DNA of 61,501 nt from Lachnospirales bacterium (GCA_047974615.1 JBKECM010000159.1:1-61501); one strand, 5' to 3'; positions 1-9,033 are shown, counted from the stretch's first letter. The notes: a model not told the origin generated them from the sequence alone. Numbers and translations: made by a program.

Positions 1-1393
1 TTACTATATTAGTATCTTTTGTAGATATATCCTCTAAACACTTTTTGATATCCATATCCCAAACTTCGATTTCCTTTTCTAAGTTTTCTATAAAGCCCTT
101 AAGTTCTATTATCCTTTGATAATAGCCATTTAGTATATTTGATATTTCAGCAAGCTGAATTTTGAAGTTACCAAGCTCCTCAAAAAAATTATTTTTAATT
201 TTTTGTCCTTTTTCATAAGTAGAATTTAAATCATTTATTTCTTCCTCAAGCTTACTATGTTCTACTTCATTTTTATGTATTTCTTCTTCTTTATAACTTA
301 TAAGAACGCTTAACTCTTCTTTTTCTTTTTCTAAAAGACTTAAGCTTTTTTCTATTTCTAATATATTTTCACTTAAACTATTATATTCATCTTCAACTCT
401 TAAGTTTAAAAAAGTTAAATCCTTAATAGTATAGGTTAAGTCGTTATATTTTGTAAGATAAGTTTCTAAAAGCTTTTCTTTTTCTTTATTTTTTTCTAAA
501 AAAATACTATAGTCATATTTGATTGCATCTAACTCAACTTTAAGTTTTTCTAACTTTTTAAGACCACTTTGAAGTTCTTCTTTACGAGCTAAAATGCTAT
601 TTGATTTTACATTTTTAGAACCACCTGTTATAGAGCCACCAATATTGAAAGTTTGTCCATCAAGTGTAACAACTCTAAAGCTTTGCTTATACTTTTTAGA
701 TATTTCTATGCCACTTTCCATATCTTTAACAACAGCAACATTACCTAATAGATTTTCAAAAACAGCAGTATATTTTTTATCAAAGGATATTAAATCAACA
801 CCTAAGCCTAAAAATCCCTGTTCCTCTTTTAGTTCTGTAGTCAGCCTACGATTTTTCATAGCAGATAAGGGTAAAAAAGTAGCCCTACCCTTATTTTCAT
901 TTTTTAATAAATTGACACATTCCTTTGCTACATCTTCATCTTCAACTACAATATTTTGCAATGCACCACCTAAAGATGTATCTATAGCAAGGAGATAATC
1001 CTTAGGAACAGTTAACAAATTCCCTAAAATGTCAATAACACCCTTTGGCTTTTTGTCTAAAATATACTTTACACTATGTGCCACACCTTCTAACTCTTCT
1101 TCTAAGGATTTTAGAAAATTGATACGATTATTTAATGTATCATATTGATTTGTTTTTTCTTTTTCATCTTGTTCATATTCTTTTAGTGCATTATTTTCTT
1201 TTTCCAACTCATCTTTTAACTTTGAAAACACAAAAGATACTTTATCAAAATCTTGATTTAAGCCAACAATTTTTTTGTTGTTAACCTGCTTTGTTAAATC
1301 TTTATCTTTTAAAGAATTTTTACTAGTACTATATTCGTTCCTCTTGTTGCCTATCATTTCTTCTTTATAAGATAAATTTTGTTGTAAACTCAT
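1..1393 (-). CDS. smc: Chromosome partition protein SMC, hinge plus C-terminal part. Partial: it continues past the window start. It is in the same frame as 1529..2599 but separated from it by three in-frame TAA codons.
   Basis: My own minus-strand translation stays open from 1408 down to position 1 (about 469 codons). It reads ...KGVIDILGNLLTVPKDYLLAIDTSLGGALQNIVVEDEDVAKECVNLLKNENKGRATFLPLSAM... (SMC hinge), followed by long coiled-coil sequence. The first ATG after the last stop is at 1391-1393. It is absent from the ORF track because it runs off the window. Confidence 0.8.
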   Translation of the reverse strand, partial: MSLQQNLSYKEEMIGNKRNEYSTSKNSLKDKDLTKQVNNKKIVGLNQDFDKVSFVFSKLKDELEKENNALKEYEQDEKEKTNQYDTLNNRINFLKSLEEELEGVAHSVKYILDKKPKGVIDILGNLLTVPKDYLLAIDTSLGGALQNIVVEDEDVAKECVNLLKNENKGRATFLPLSAMKNRRLTTELKEEQGFLGLGVDLISFDKKYTAVFENLLGNVAVVKDMESGIEISKKYKQSFRVVTLDGQTFNIGGSITGGSKNVKSNSILARKEELQSGLKKLEKLKVELDAIKYDYSIFLEKNKEKEKLLETYLTKYNDLTYTIKDLTFLNLRVEDEYNSLSENILEIEKSLSLLEKEKEELSVLISYKEEEIHKNEVEHSKLEEEINDLNSTYEKGQKIKNNFFEELGNFKIQLAEISNILNGYYQRIIELKGFIENLEKEIEVWDMDIKKCLEDISTKDTNIV

Positions 1394-1528
1394 TAAATCA
1401 ATAGCAAGTTAATTTTTAATTGTATTTACCTCTACAAAAGAAGTAGTAATGGTATCTTTATATTTATCTAACTTACCGAAATTTTCAAGACTTTATTTAT
1501 AAACATATTCAAATTCTCTCATATTTTC

Positions 1529-2599
1529 TTATATTGTTTGATTTTCGATTTTTTTACTATATATGTATATATTTATATTATTTATATCATTTTCATATAT
1601 TGCTTTTTGGTTGAGTTTTTTCTCAATATCACTTTTAAGCCTTTTTTCTTCGTTGCGTAAATATAAAATACTTTCTTTAAGAAGTTTAATTTCACCTTGT
1701 ATCGTGTTTATTTCTATTTCAAAACCATTAATATTTTTGTTTAAAATATCTTTCGTTTCTTCACATTCTTCTATATTTTTTGATATTTCATCACCTTTTT
1801 CTTCTTCTTTTCCTAAAAGATGATTATATTTATCAAGTTCCAAATTTGCAATAGCAATGTCTTTTTTTAAAGCATCAACATCTTTTTGTATAACTTGTAC
1901 ATCAAGTACAAACTTTGATATTTCAGAAACTCTAAGTTCATCTTCAAGCTTTAAAAACTCCTTAGCCTTATTGCTTTTTCTCTCAAGAGGTCCTATTTGT
2001 AATTCAAGTTCATTTATTAAAATATCCACCTGAACTAAATGTTCATGTTCTTTTTTAAGATTTGATAAAGCATCATTTTTTCTACTACGATACTTTACGA
2101 TACCCACAGCCTCATCAAAAAACTGTTTTCTATCATTACCCTTTGTACTTACGATTTCTTCTACCTTACCTTGAGATATAATAGAATATCCGTCTTTACC
2201 TATACCTGTATCCATAAAAAGTTCATTAATATCTTTTAATCGACATTGCTTATTATTAATTAAATATTCACTATCGCCACTTCTAAAAGCTTTACGTGTA
2301 ACGATAACTTCTTCATATTCCACATTAAAAAATTTATCACTATTATCAATAACAATAGATACTTCTGCATAACTCATAGGTTTACGATTTTCAGTACCAC
2401 TAAATATTATATCTTCCATCTTAACGCCACGTAGGGTTTTAGCAGATTGTTCTCCTAAAACCCATAAAATAGCATCTAATATATTACTTTTCCCACTCCC
2501 ATTAGGCCCAACAATAGCAGTAACACCTTTGTTAAATTGCACTTTTGTTCTATTTGGAAAAGATTTAAAACCTTGTAATTCCAGTCTTTTTAAAAACAT
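1529..2599 (-). CDS. smc: SMC N-terminal fragment (ATPase head N-lobe plus first coiled-coil helix), ending at an in-frame TAA.
   Basis: MFLKRLELQGFKSF...GPNGSGKSNILDAILWVLGEQSAKTLRG carries the Walker A and the typical SMC N-terminus, followed by heptad-rich sequence. It lies 22 nt downstream of ftsW. Confidence 0.9.
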   Translation of the reverse strand: MFLKRLELQGFKSFPNRTKVQFNKGVTAIVGPNGSGKSNILDAILWVLGEQSAKTLRGVKMEDIIFSGTENRKPMSYAEVSIVIDNSDKFFNVEYEEVIVTRKAFRSGDSEYLINNKQCRLKDINELFMDTGIGKDGYSIISQGKVEEIVSTKGNDRKQFFDEAVGIVKYRSRKNDALSNLKKEHEHLVQVDILINELELQIGPLERKSNKAKEFLKLEDELRVSEISKFVLDVQVIQKDVDALKKDIAIANLELDKYNHLLGKEEEKGDEISKNIEECEETKDILNKNINGFEIEINTIQGEIKLLKESILYLRNEEKRLKSDIEKKLNQKAIYENDINNINIYIYSKKIENQTI

Positions 2600-2621
2600 T
2601 TTACACCTTACTGAAAATTTA

Positions 2622-4094
2622 TTAGTCGTTAAATCGACTATATCTTGATATACTTAGAACAACACCCATCATAATAAGTAAAAATAAAATACTTGTACCA
2701 CCATAACTTATAAAAGGTAAAGCTATACCAGTATTTGGTATTGTGTTTGTAGTAACAGAAACATTTATAATAGTTTGTACAGCTAACATAATGGTTACCC
2801 CAGAAGCTATTAATGTACCGAACATATCTTTTGCATTTATAGCTATCTTAATACCACGCCAAAAGAGTATACAAAAAATTAGAAGCAACAACGTAGCACC
2901 TACAAAACCTAACTCCTCACATATAACTGCAAATATAATATCATTATGGCTCTCTGGTATATAGTAAAGCTTTTGTCGTCCCTTACCGATACCAAGACCA
3001 AAAGCACCACCACTACCTATAGCAAGTAATGATTGTACAGTCTGAAATCCTATACTTTGAGCATAAGCAAAAGGATCTTGCCACGCTAAAAAACGAGCAT
3101 TGTGATAATCTGTATTAAACTTTAAATATGTAAGTAATATACCAGCACAAGCTGCCGCACCAGCAGCCCCAACAGCAACTAGTCTTGCAAAATATGGACT
3201 AGCTATAAAAACCATACCAACACCGATAACAAAAAGAATAATACCAGTACTTAAGTTTGAAATTATAGTTAAACCTGTAGGAATAGCAATGATACCTATA
3301 ACTTGCAAATAAAATTTAAAACTTTTAAGCCTATGTTGATTTACAGATAGATAGTATGCCAAAAAAATAATAAGAGCGTGTTTTGCCGCCTCTGAAGGTT
3401 GCATACCTATCTTTGTACCGGGTATATACAACCATCTTGACTGTCCATTTGCTGTAGTACCGACAAATATAACTGCAATAAGTAATACTATGGAAGTTAT
3501 AAATATAATATATGGTAACTTATTTTTGCTTAAAAACGTATATTCAAAAATATCAACAGTCGATAAAATATGCATTATGACTAAACCTGCAATAGCAATC
3601 ATAAGCTGTCTTGACGCAAAATGGTATGGGTTGCCAAAATTGTGTCTTGCATTATAGTTACTTGCAGAATATATCATAACTATCCCAAAAAAAACTAATA
3701 TGTAAATTACAGTAACTAAGATGGCATCTACATTACCTACAGTTGCAACAACTGTATCTCTCTGACTTTTTTTAGTCTTTTTAACTCTTTTTACTTTTTC
3801 TTGATTTTTGCTAGGTAAAGAGTTACTCGGATTTGAAACTACTTTACCCTTAGAAGAACTTTTAGCCTTTACTTCATATTCACGTCTTCTTTTATCTGCA
3901 TTACTACCTATTTTCGTGTAGCTATCGTCTTGTTTAAGTTTATCTCTATTACTATAGTTACTCGTATTTCTTTCTCTATTTCTTTCTCTATTTCTTTCTG
4001 TACTTCTTACTCCACTTAAATTATTTCGATTTAAGTTTCTATCTTTTGAGGATAATTCTTTTCTTCTTTTTTCTCTTTCATCAGAAGTCCTCAT
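2622..4094 (-). CDS. ftsW: SEDS-family peptidoglycan glycosyltransferase (FtsW/RodA/SpoVE) with a basic N-terminal extension of about 120 aa.
   Basis: Multi-TM protein with a typical SEDS C-terminal half (...PESHNDIIFAVICEELGFVG...LPFISYGGTS). It sits after murD in the dcw block. The N-terminus is rich in R/K/N/S/E. Confidence 0.85.
   Translation of the reverse strand: MRTSDEREKRRKELSSKDRNLNRNNLSGVRSTERNRERNRERNTSNYSNRDKLKQDDSYTKIGSNADKRRREYEVKAKSSSKGKVVSNPSNSLPSKNQEKVKRVKKTKKSQRDTVVATVGNVDAILVTVIYILVFFGIVMIYSASNYNARHNFGNPYHFASRQLMIAIAGLVIMHILSTVDIFEYTFLSKNKLPYIIFITSIVLLIAVIFVGTTANGQSRWLYIPGTKIGMQPSEAAKHALIIFLAYYLSVNQHRLKSFKFYLQVIGIIAIPTGLTIISNLSTGIILFVIGVGMVFIASPYFARLVAVGAAGAAACAGILLTYLKFNTDYHNARFLAWQDPFAYAQSIGFQTVQSLLAIGSGGAFGLGIGKGRQKLYYIPESHNDIIFAVICEELGFVGATLLLLIFCILFWRGIKIAINAKDMFGTLIASGVTIMLAVQTIINVSVTTNTIPNTGIALPFISYGGTSILFLLIMMGVVLSISRYSRFND
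3966..3999. repeat. Short tandem repeat: 12-bp unit atttctttctct, about 2.8 copies, inside the ftsW 5' coding region.
   Basis: Read directly: atttctttctct atttctttctct atttctttct. It encodes the ERNRERNRERN segment of the FtsW N-terminal extension. Confidence 0.6.
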
Positions 4095-4097
4095 TTT

Positions 4098-5501
4098 TTA
4101 CCCCCTAAGTTTATGAATAGCCTCTTTAAACACTTTTCCTCTATGCTCAAAGTTATCAAACATATCATAGCTTGAACAAGAAGGTGAAAGTAAAACACAA
4201 TCTCCCGGTTTTGCAACTTTAAACCCTTCAAGTGCAGCAGACTCAAGACTTTCACAAACAGTAAAATCTGTATATCCTATTTTCAAACAACTATTTACAA
4301 ACTTATCCTTTGTTTCACCTATTATAATGAGATGCTTAACTTTTTTTGTAATTTCTTTTACAAATTCAAAAATAGGTAAGTTTTTATCATATCCACCAAC
4401 TATTAAGATTATAGGTTGATTAATAGATTTTATAGCATTAATAGATGAGTCTGGATTTGTAGCTTTACTATCATTTATAAAAGTTACACCATGTATAATT
4501 TTTATAAACTCTAAACGGTGTTCTACACCTTTAAAGTGGGATATAACATCTTCTAAAACTTCAACAGACACCCCAAGAGGCAAAGTTAAAGCTATGGAAG
4601 CTAAAATATTTTCTATATTATGTTCCCCTAACAATGTTATGTCCGATAAATTAATAATTTTTTTATCTTCTTGAAGTCTTTCCACTAAATCGTTATCTTT
4701 AGTGCTTTTCTTCAAAAAATTTGTATATATTTTTTCGTCTTTAACATATACTTTAAGACCATCTTCGCTTATAGGCTCTTTGCTAAATAAAACTATATTA
4801 CTTTTAGCCTTTGACACCATATCATAACTTTCTTTGTTGTCATAGTTTAAAATCAAATAATCGCTATTATCTTGATTTTCAAATATTCGTTCTTTACAAC
4901 TAATATAATTTTGCATAGTTTTATGACGTTCTAAATGGTCTGGTGTAACATTAAGAATTGTTGCAGTTTTAGGCTTTAACGTAAAAGTTTTTTCGAGTTG
5001 ATAGCTACTAAGTTCTATAGCAAAAACAGAAGTTTCTTCGCTGTCTAAAACTTTTTCTGAAAAAGGTACACCTATATTACCTACAACTTCTGTATCTATA
5101 AAAACTTCTTTTATTATTTCACCTACTAAAGTTGTAGTAGTAGTTTTGCCATTTGTACCTGTTATACCTATAAGTCGACCTTTAAAAAACATATTCGCAA
5201 GCTCAACTTCAGATATTATTTCTATATCTGAATCTTTTGCAAGTTTAAAGAAAGGTAAATCTGAGGAAATTCCCGGTGATACAACAACTAAATCAAAATT
5301 TTTAATTATATCGTTTGGAGTGTTGTTAATAAATAAAGAAACACCCATATCAATATATTTTTCAAGAGCGTCATTATATTCTTGACTTACAGAAGGTGTT
5401 TGTATAGTAACAGTACAACCAAGTTTTAACAGTAAAGGCAGCACACCAAAACCGGTTTTACCTAAACCACAAACTAGCACTTTTTTATTTTTTATATCCA
5501 T
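4098..5501 (-). CDS. murD: UDP-N-acetylmuramoylalanine--D-glutamate ligase
   Basis: N-terminal KKVLVCGLGKTG Rossmann motif, the Mur ligase motif GITGTNGKTTTT, and dcw context. Confidence 0.95.
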   Translation of the reverse strand: MDIKNKKVLVCGLGKTGFGVLPLLLKLGCTVTIQTPSVSQEYNDALEKYIDMGVSLFINNTPNDIIKNFDLVVVSPGISSDLPFFKLAKDSDIEIISEVELANMFFKGRLIGITGTNGKTTTTTLVGEIIKEVFIDTEVVGNIGVPFSEKVLDSEETSVFAIELSSYQLEKTFTLKPKTATILNVTPDHLERHKTMQNYISCKERIFENQDNSDYLILNYDNKESYDMVSKAKSNIVLFSKEPISEDGLKVYVKDEKIYTNFLKKSTKDNDLVERLQEDKKIINLSDITLLGEHNIENILASIALTLPLGVSVEVLEDVISHFKGVEHRLEFIKIIHGVTFINDSKATNPDSSINAIKSINQPIILIVGGYDKNLPIFEFVKEITKKVKHLIIIGETKDKFVNSCLKIGYTDFTVCESLESAALEGFKVAKPGDCVLLSPSCSSYDMFDNFEHRGKVFKEAIHKLRG

Positions 5502-5526
5502 ATTTTCACCGCCTTATTTGATTAGA

Positions 5527-6492
5527 TTATAGAGCAAGATAACTTATTAAACAACCAATAGTTGTAATTATATAAAAACGTAATACAATTTCCTTTTCAC
5601 CAAGACCTTTTTTCTCTAAATGATGATGATAAGGTGCCATTTTAAAAACTCTACGCCCTTCACCATATTTTTTCTTTGTATATTTAAAATAACCTGTTTG
5701 TATCATAACTGATAAGGACTCGACAAGATATATTATACCTGCTATAACTATAAAAAATTGCATATGAGAAACAGTTGCGATGCCTGCAACAAAAGCCCCA
5801 AGAGCAAGGGAGCCTGTATCACCCATAAAAACCTTAGCCGGCTTATAGTTAAATATAAGAAAACTTACTAAAGCACCTAATACGATAAAAGGTAAAAGAT
5901 ATTCTTCACTACCAAAAGAAAGTAAAGCAAAACCAAAAAACATAGCTACAAGTGCAGTAACTCCAGCAGCTAAACCGTCAAGACCATCTGTTATATTAAC
6001 TGCGTTCACAACACCAATGGTAAAAATATAAAAAAACGGGTAATAGAAAACACCTAAGTCTATACTTTTATTTGTAAAAGGAATAATTAAAGTAGTTAAG
6101 CTTTCCATATCCCATAACAAAAACAAAAATGCTGATGAAGCTAAAAACTGAGCAACAATCTTTTGTTTCGCATCTAAACCTAAGGATTGTTTTTTTTTAA
6201 CCTTTGCAAAATCGTCAATAAAACCAATAATTCCACATAATGCCATAAATACAAGAATGTTAACATTTACTTTATCTATAAAAAATAAGCTAGTAACAAG
6301 AATACCAAACAAAAATATTAAACCACCAATAGTAGGTGTACCACTTTTAGATAAGTGTGTTTGAGGTCCATCTGTTCTCACTTGTTGCCCAACTTTAAGT
6401 TTTTTTAAAAAATTAATTGCAAAAGGTGCAATTACTGTAGATATGCCAAAAACTATAGTAATAGGCAAAATAATTTCTGTAAATAAATTCAT
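5527..6492 (-). CDS. mraY: Phospho-N-acetylmuramoyl-pentapeptide transferase
   Basis: Polytopic membrane protein with the MraY motifs NAVNITDGLDGLA and MGDTGSLALG. Confidence 0.95.
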   Translation of the reverse strand: MNLFTEIILPITIVFGISTVIAPFAINFLKKLKVGQQVRTDGPQTHLSKSGTPTIGGLIFLFGILVTSLFFIDKVNVNILVFMALCGIIGFIDDFAKVKKKQSLGLDAKQKIVAQFLASSAFLFLLWDMESLTTLIIPFTNKSIDLGVFYYPFFYIFTIGVVNAVNITDGLDGLAAGVTALVAMFFGFALLSFGSEEYLLPFIVLGALVSFLIFNYKPAKVFMGDTGSLALGAFVAGIATVSHMQFFIVIAGIIYLVESLSVMIQTGYFKYTKKKYGEGRRVFKMAPYHHHLEKKGLGEKEIVLRFYIITTIGCLISYLAL

Positions 6493-6512
6493 AAAGTTCC
6501 CCTTATCCCCTG

Positions 6513-7991
6513 TTATTTTAAATATTTTTTGGCTACTAATACATCATCAAAATGTATTTTTTCTTTACCGATTATTTGATAGTCTTCGTGGCCTTTACCA
6601 GCTATAATTATAAAGTCATTTTCCTTTGCATTTGAAATAGCATATTTTATAGCTTCTTCACGGTCTACTACTTCGATATACTTATCTTTTGAAACCTCTA
6701 CACCAGAAACAACATCTTTTATTATATCACTTGGAACTTCTGTACGTGGATTATCTGACGTTATAATAGAAAAATCAGATAATGAAGTAGCAATATTTCC
6801 CATAATAGGACGTTTTGTTTTATCTCTATCTCCACCACACCCAAAAACAGTAACAACTCTACCCTTGCATACTTTCCTAGCAGATGAAATAACTTTCTCT
6901 AAAGCATCAGGTGTATGTGCATAGTCAACAACAACAGTATAGTTTTCTTTGTCCGTAACGGTAAACATACGACCGGGTACACCTAAGCCTTTTTCAAGAA
7001 CTTTTCTTATATCATAAGGCTTAATGCCGTACACAACATTAGCAACTAAAATAGAACTTAAAGTATTATAAACAGTAAAAATACCCGGTACATTTATTTT
7101 AAATCTTTCTTCTTTTCCATCTAAAACAACAGAAAAAGCCGCACTTTTATCTGTAATGTCTAAATCATAAGCTTTATAATCACTATCTTTTTCAATGGAA
7201 TAAGTATATCCTTTACAAGGCAACTTACTACTTAGTTTTTGCCCCCACTCATCATCAACATTTACAAAAGCTACTTCACACATTTTAAAAAGTCTAGTCT
7301 TAGCCTCAAAATAGTTTTCCATAGTTTTATGAAAATCTAAGTGGTCTTGAGTAAGATTTGTAAATACACCAACTTTAAATTTTAAGTTGTACACTTTTTT
7401 ATAAAACAAAGCATGGCTTGTAACTTCCATTATACAGTTGCTTACTTTATTTTTGTTTAAGTGGTCAAGTATATCGATAAGTTCAACATACTCCGGAGAT
7501 GTTGATGCTGTAATAGCCTTATCTATTTTTTCTTCGTTACAGTACACACCAAGAGTACCTATAGAACCTGCCCCTATACCGTTTTCAACAAGTATCTTAT
7601 GTATAAAATGGGTTGTGCTTGTTTTACCATTAGTACCCGTTATACCTACAAGATTAACATAGTCTTCATACTTATAAAAAGTTTTAGAACAAAGTGCTAA
7701 AGCTTCACGACTTTCTTTTACTACTATGTAAGAAATATCTTTTAAATTTTCAAGTTGATAAGGTACAAAGTTTAATACAAAAAATCTTGCACCAAGGTTA
7801 TATGCATCAAGCACAAAGTTGTGGCTATCTTGAGTTTCACCTTTATATGCTACAAACATAGAATTTAAGGTACATTTTCTTGAGTCTATAAAAATACCAG
7901 TAACAGAAACATCTTTCACCTTTTCACTGATATAAAGATTATTGTATTCACTTATGCAATTTACTAGTTCTTTAAATGTCATATTAATCAC
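6513..7991 (-). CDS. murE: UDP-N-acetylmuramoyl-L-alanyl-D-glutamate--2,6-diaminopimelate ligase (the DNPR motif suggests meso-DAP addition)
   Basis: GITGTNGKTST P-loop, and ITSDNPRTE containing the DNPR motif associated with meso-DAP-adding MurE. Confidence 0.9.
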   Translation of the reverse strand: MINMTFKELVNCISEYNNLYISEKVKDVSVTGIFIDSRKCTLNSMFVAYKGETQDSHNFVLDAYNLGARFFVLNFVPYQLENLKDISYIVVKESREALALCSKTFYKYEDYVNLVGITGTNGKTSTTHFIHKILVENGIGAGSIGTLGVYCNEEKIDKAITASTSPEYVELIDILDHLNKNKVSNCIMEVTSHALFYKKVYNLKFKVGVFTNLTQDHLDFHKTMENYFEAKTRLFKMCEVAFVNVDDEWGQKLSSKLPCKGYTYSIEKDSDYKAYDLDITDKSAAFSVVLDGKEERFKINVPGIFTVYNTLSSILVANVVYGIKPYDIRKVLEKGLGVPGRMFTVTDKENYTVVVDYAHTPDALEKVISSARKVCKGRVVTVFGCGGDRDKTKRPIMGNIATSLSDFSIITSDNPRTEVPSDIIKDVVSGVEVSKDKYIEVVDREEAIKYAISNAKENDFIIIAGKGHEDYQIIGKEKIHFDDVLVAKKYLK

Positions 7992-8153
7992 CTATCCATA
8001 TTATATTATTTATTTTTAAATATATTACAAAAGCGTATCTTTTTAATTATACCTTAAAATCCATAAATTTTAAATACTTTTTAAGAAAAATTAAAATTAA
8101 AATATTGATTATTTTAAAACTTAATTATGCAACCATTTTTTCCTGTCTTCATA

Positions 8154-8180
8154 TGTCGAATTATGTAGTTTTTTGTCGAA
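8154..8180 (+). promoter_or_regulatory. Two direct copies of TGTCGAA (Spo0A 0A-box consensus), 20 bp start to start, upstream of the 8320 gene.
   Basis: TGTCGAA at 8154-8160 and at 8174-8180. The second ends 18 nt upstream of the predicted -35. Confidence 0.4.
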
Positions 8181-8197
8181 ATGGTCAATATAGTTTA

Positions 8198-8226
8198 TTG
8201 AAAACAGTTATAATTTTTATTAAAAT
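8198..8226 (+). promoter_or_regulatory. Candidate sigma-A promoter for the 8320 gene (TTGAAA-17-TAAAAT)
   Basis: -35 TTGAAA at 8198-8203, a 17-nt spacer, and -10 TAAAAT at 8221-8226. In AT-rich DNA a chance match is possible. Confidence 0.35.
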
Positions 8227-8319
8227 ATTAACATAAAGGCAACGTTGCAAAATGCAATTATACAATGATTTGTGTGACAAATCTAAAAGACCAAATTATT
8301 ATATTATGAGGGGTAACAA

Positions 8320-9000
8320 ATGCAAATGAAATTATATGTAAATCAAGAGGACGACAACGTAAAAAAGAACTTTTCACAGCTAGTTTTTGAACCTGCTAGT
8401 GAAAGGCTAGTAAAAAATACATCTTTATCGGATTATAATATGTATTCCCAAGAGTATGAATTTATGAAAAATTCATCTGCTACAAAATATAAAAATATAA
8501 ATACAACTGAAAATCACATTATATCTTTTATTTATAGTAATGTTTCGGATACATCTAGCTATTTTAAATTAAAATATATATATTACAAAATTAATAATAA
8601 TGAACCTGCAAATAGCAATTTTACACCTTATATCAATGTAAATACTCCAGAAAGTTTTTTAAAAATTGCAAATTTTAAAAGCACACTTTTAGGCTATAAA
8701 TTTTTAGTTACTGCAATATCTTATTGTTTACAACATAACAACATAGATAACTTAAAGATTACAAAGGATATATATCCACATATAGCACAAGTGCATAAAG
8801 TTAAAATACAATGTATAGAAAGAAATTTAAGACATTCCATTTCAACTACTTTTAAAAACAAAAATACGAGTATATATTATTTTTTATTAAATATTCCAGA
8901 AGAAAAATCATCAAGTCCAAGTAATAGTGAATTTATATATGCTGTATCAAAATTTTTACAAAAAAATAGTCAAATAACCTTCCCTCAAGTGAGGGACTAA
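8320..9000 (+). CDS. Protein with a Spo0A C-terminal (DNA-binding) domain and no receiver domain. The N-terminal ~110 aa are of unknown function.
   Basis: The C-terminal half aligns by eye to Spo0A_C: LLGYKFLVTAIS / ITKDIYPHIA / IERNLRHSI / PSNSEFIYAVSKFL against B. subtilis GYLYLREAIS / ITKVLYPDIA / VERAIRHAI / PTNSEFIAMVADKL. A good SD (GAGGGG) precedes the ATG. Confidence 0.7.
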   Translation: MQMKLYVNQEDDNVKKNFSQLVFEPASERLVKNTSLSDYNMYSQEYEFMKNSSATKYKNINTTENHIISFIYSNVSDTSSYFKLKYIYYKINNNEPANSNFTPYINVNTPESFLKIANFKSTLLGYKFLVTAISYCLQHNNIDNLKITKDIYPHIAQVHKVKIQCIERNLRHSISTTFKNKNTSIYYFLLNIPEEKSSSPSNSEFIYAVSKFLQKNSQITFPQVRD

Positions 9001-9033
9001 CCCTTATTATATTTCATTAAAATATCTTTCACT

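Noticed and set aside
594-998. Plus-strand ORF of 134 aa. The same applies to the other short ORFs in the track that lie antisense to long genes, for example 1563..1823, 2743..2964, 5146..5385, 7438..7662, 10713..10949, 12279..12581, 18279..18650, 24408..24629, 26783..27058, 37016..37355, 47482..47853 and 52447..52749.
   Set aside because: They lie entirely antisense to, or out of frame within, well-supported conserved genes (smc, ftsW, murD, murE, addB, feoB, atpD, atpA, hflX, GH2, secA). Their translations are low-complexity (S/F/L/I-rich), they lack SD sequences, and they are the expected shadow ORFs of AT-rich coding DNA.
1409-1531. TAA reassignment or an insertion element as the explanation for the smc stops
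   Set aside because: TAA is the terminator of most genes in the window, so it cannot be a general sense codon. The hinge position matches canonical SMC length, and the interval reads as ordinary coiled-coil sequence, so there is no inserted DNA, inverted repeat or transposase remnant.
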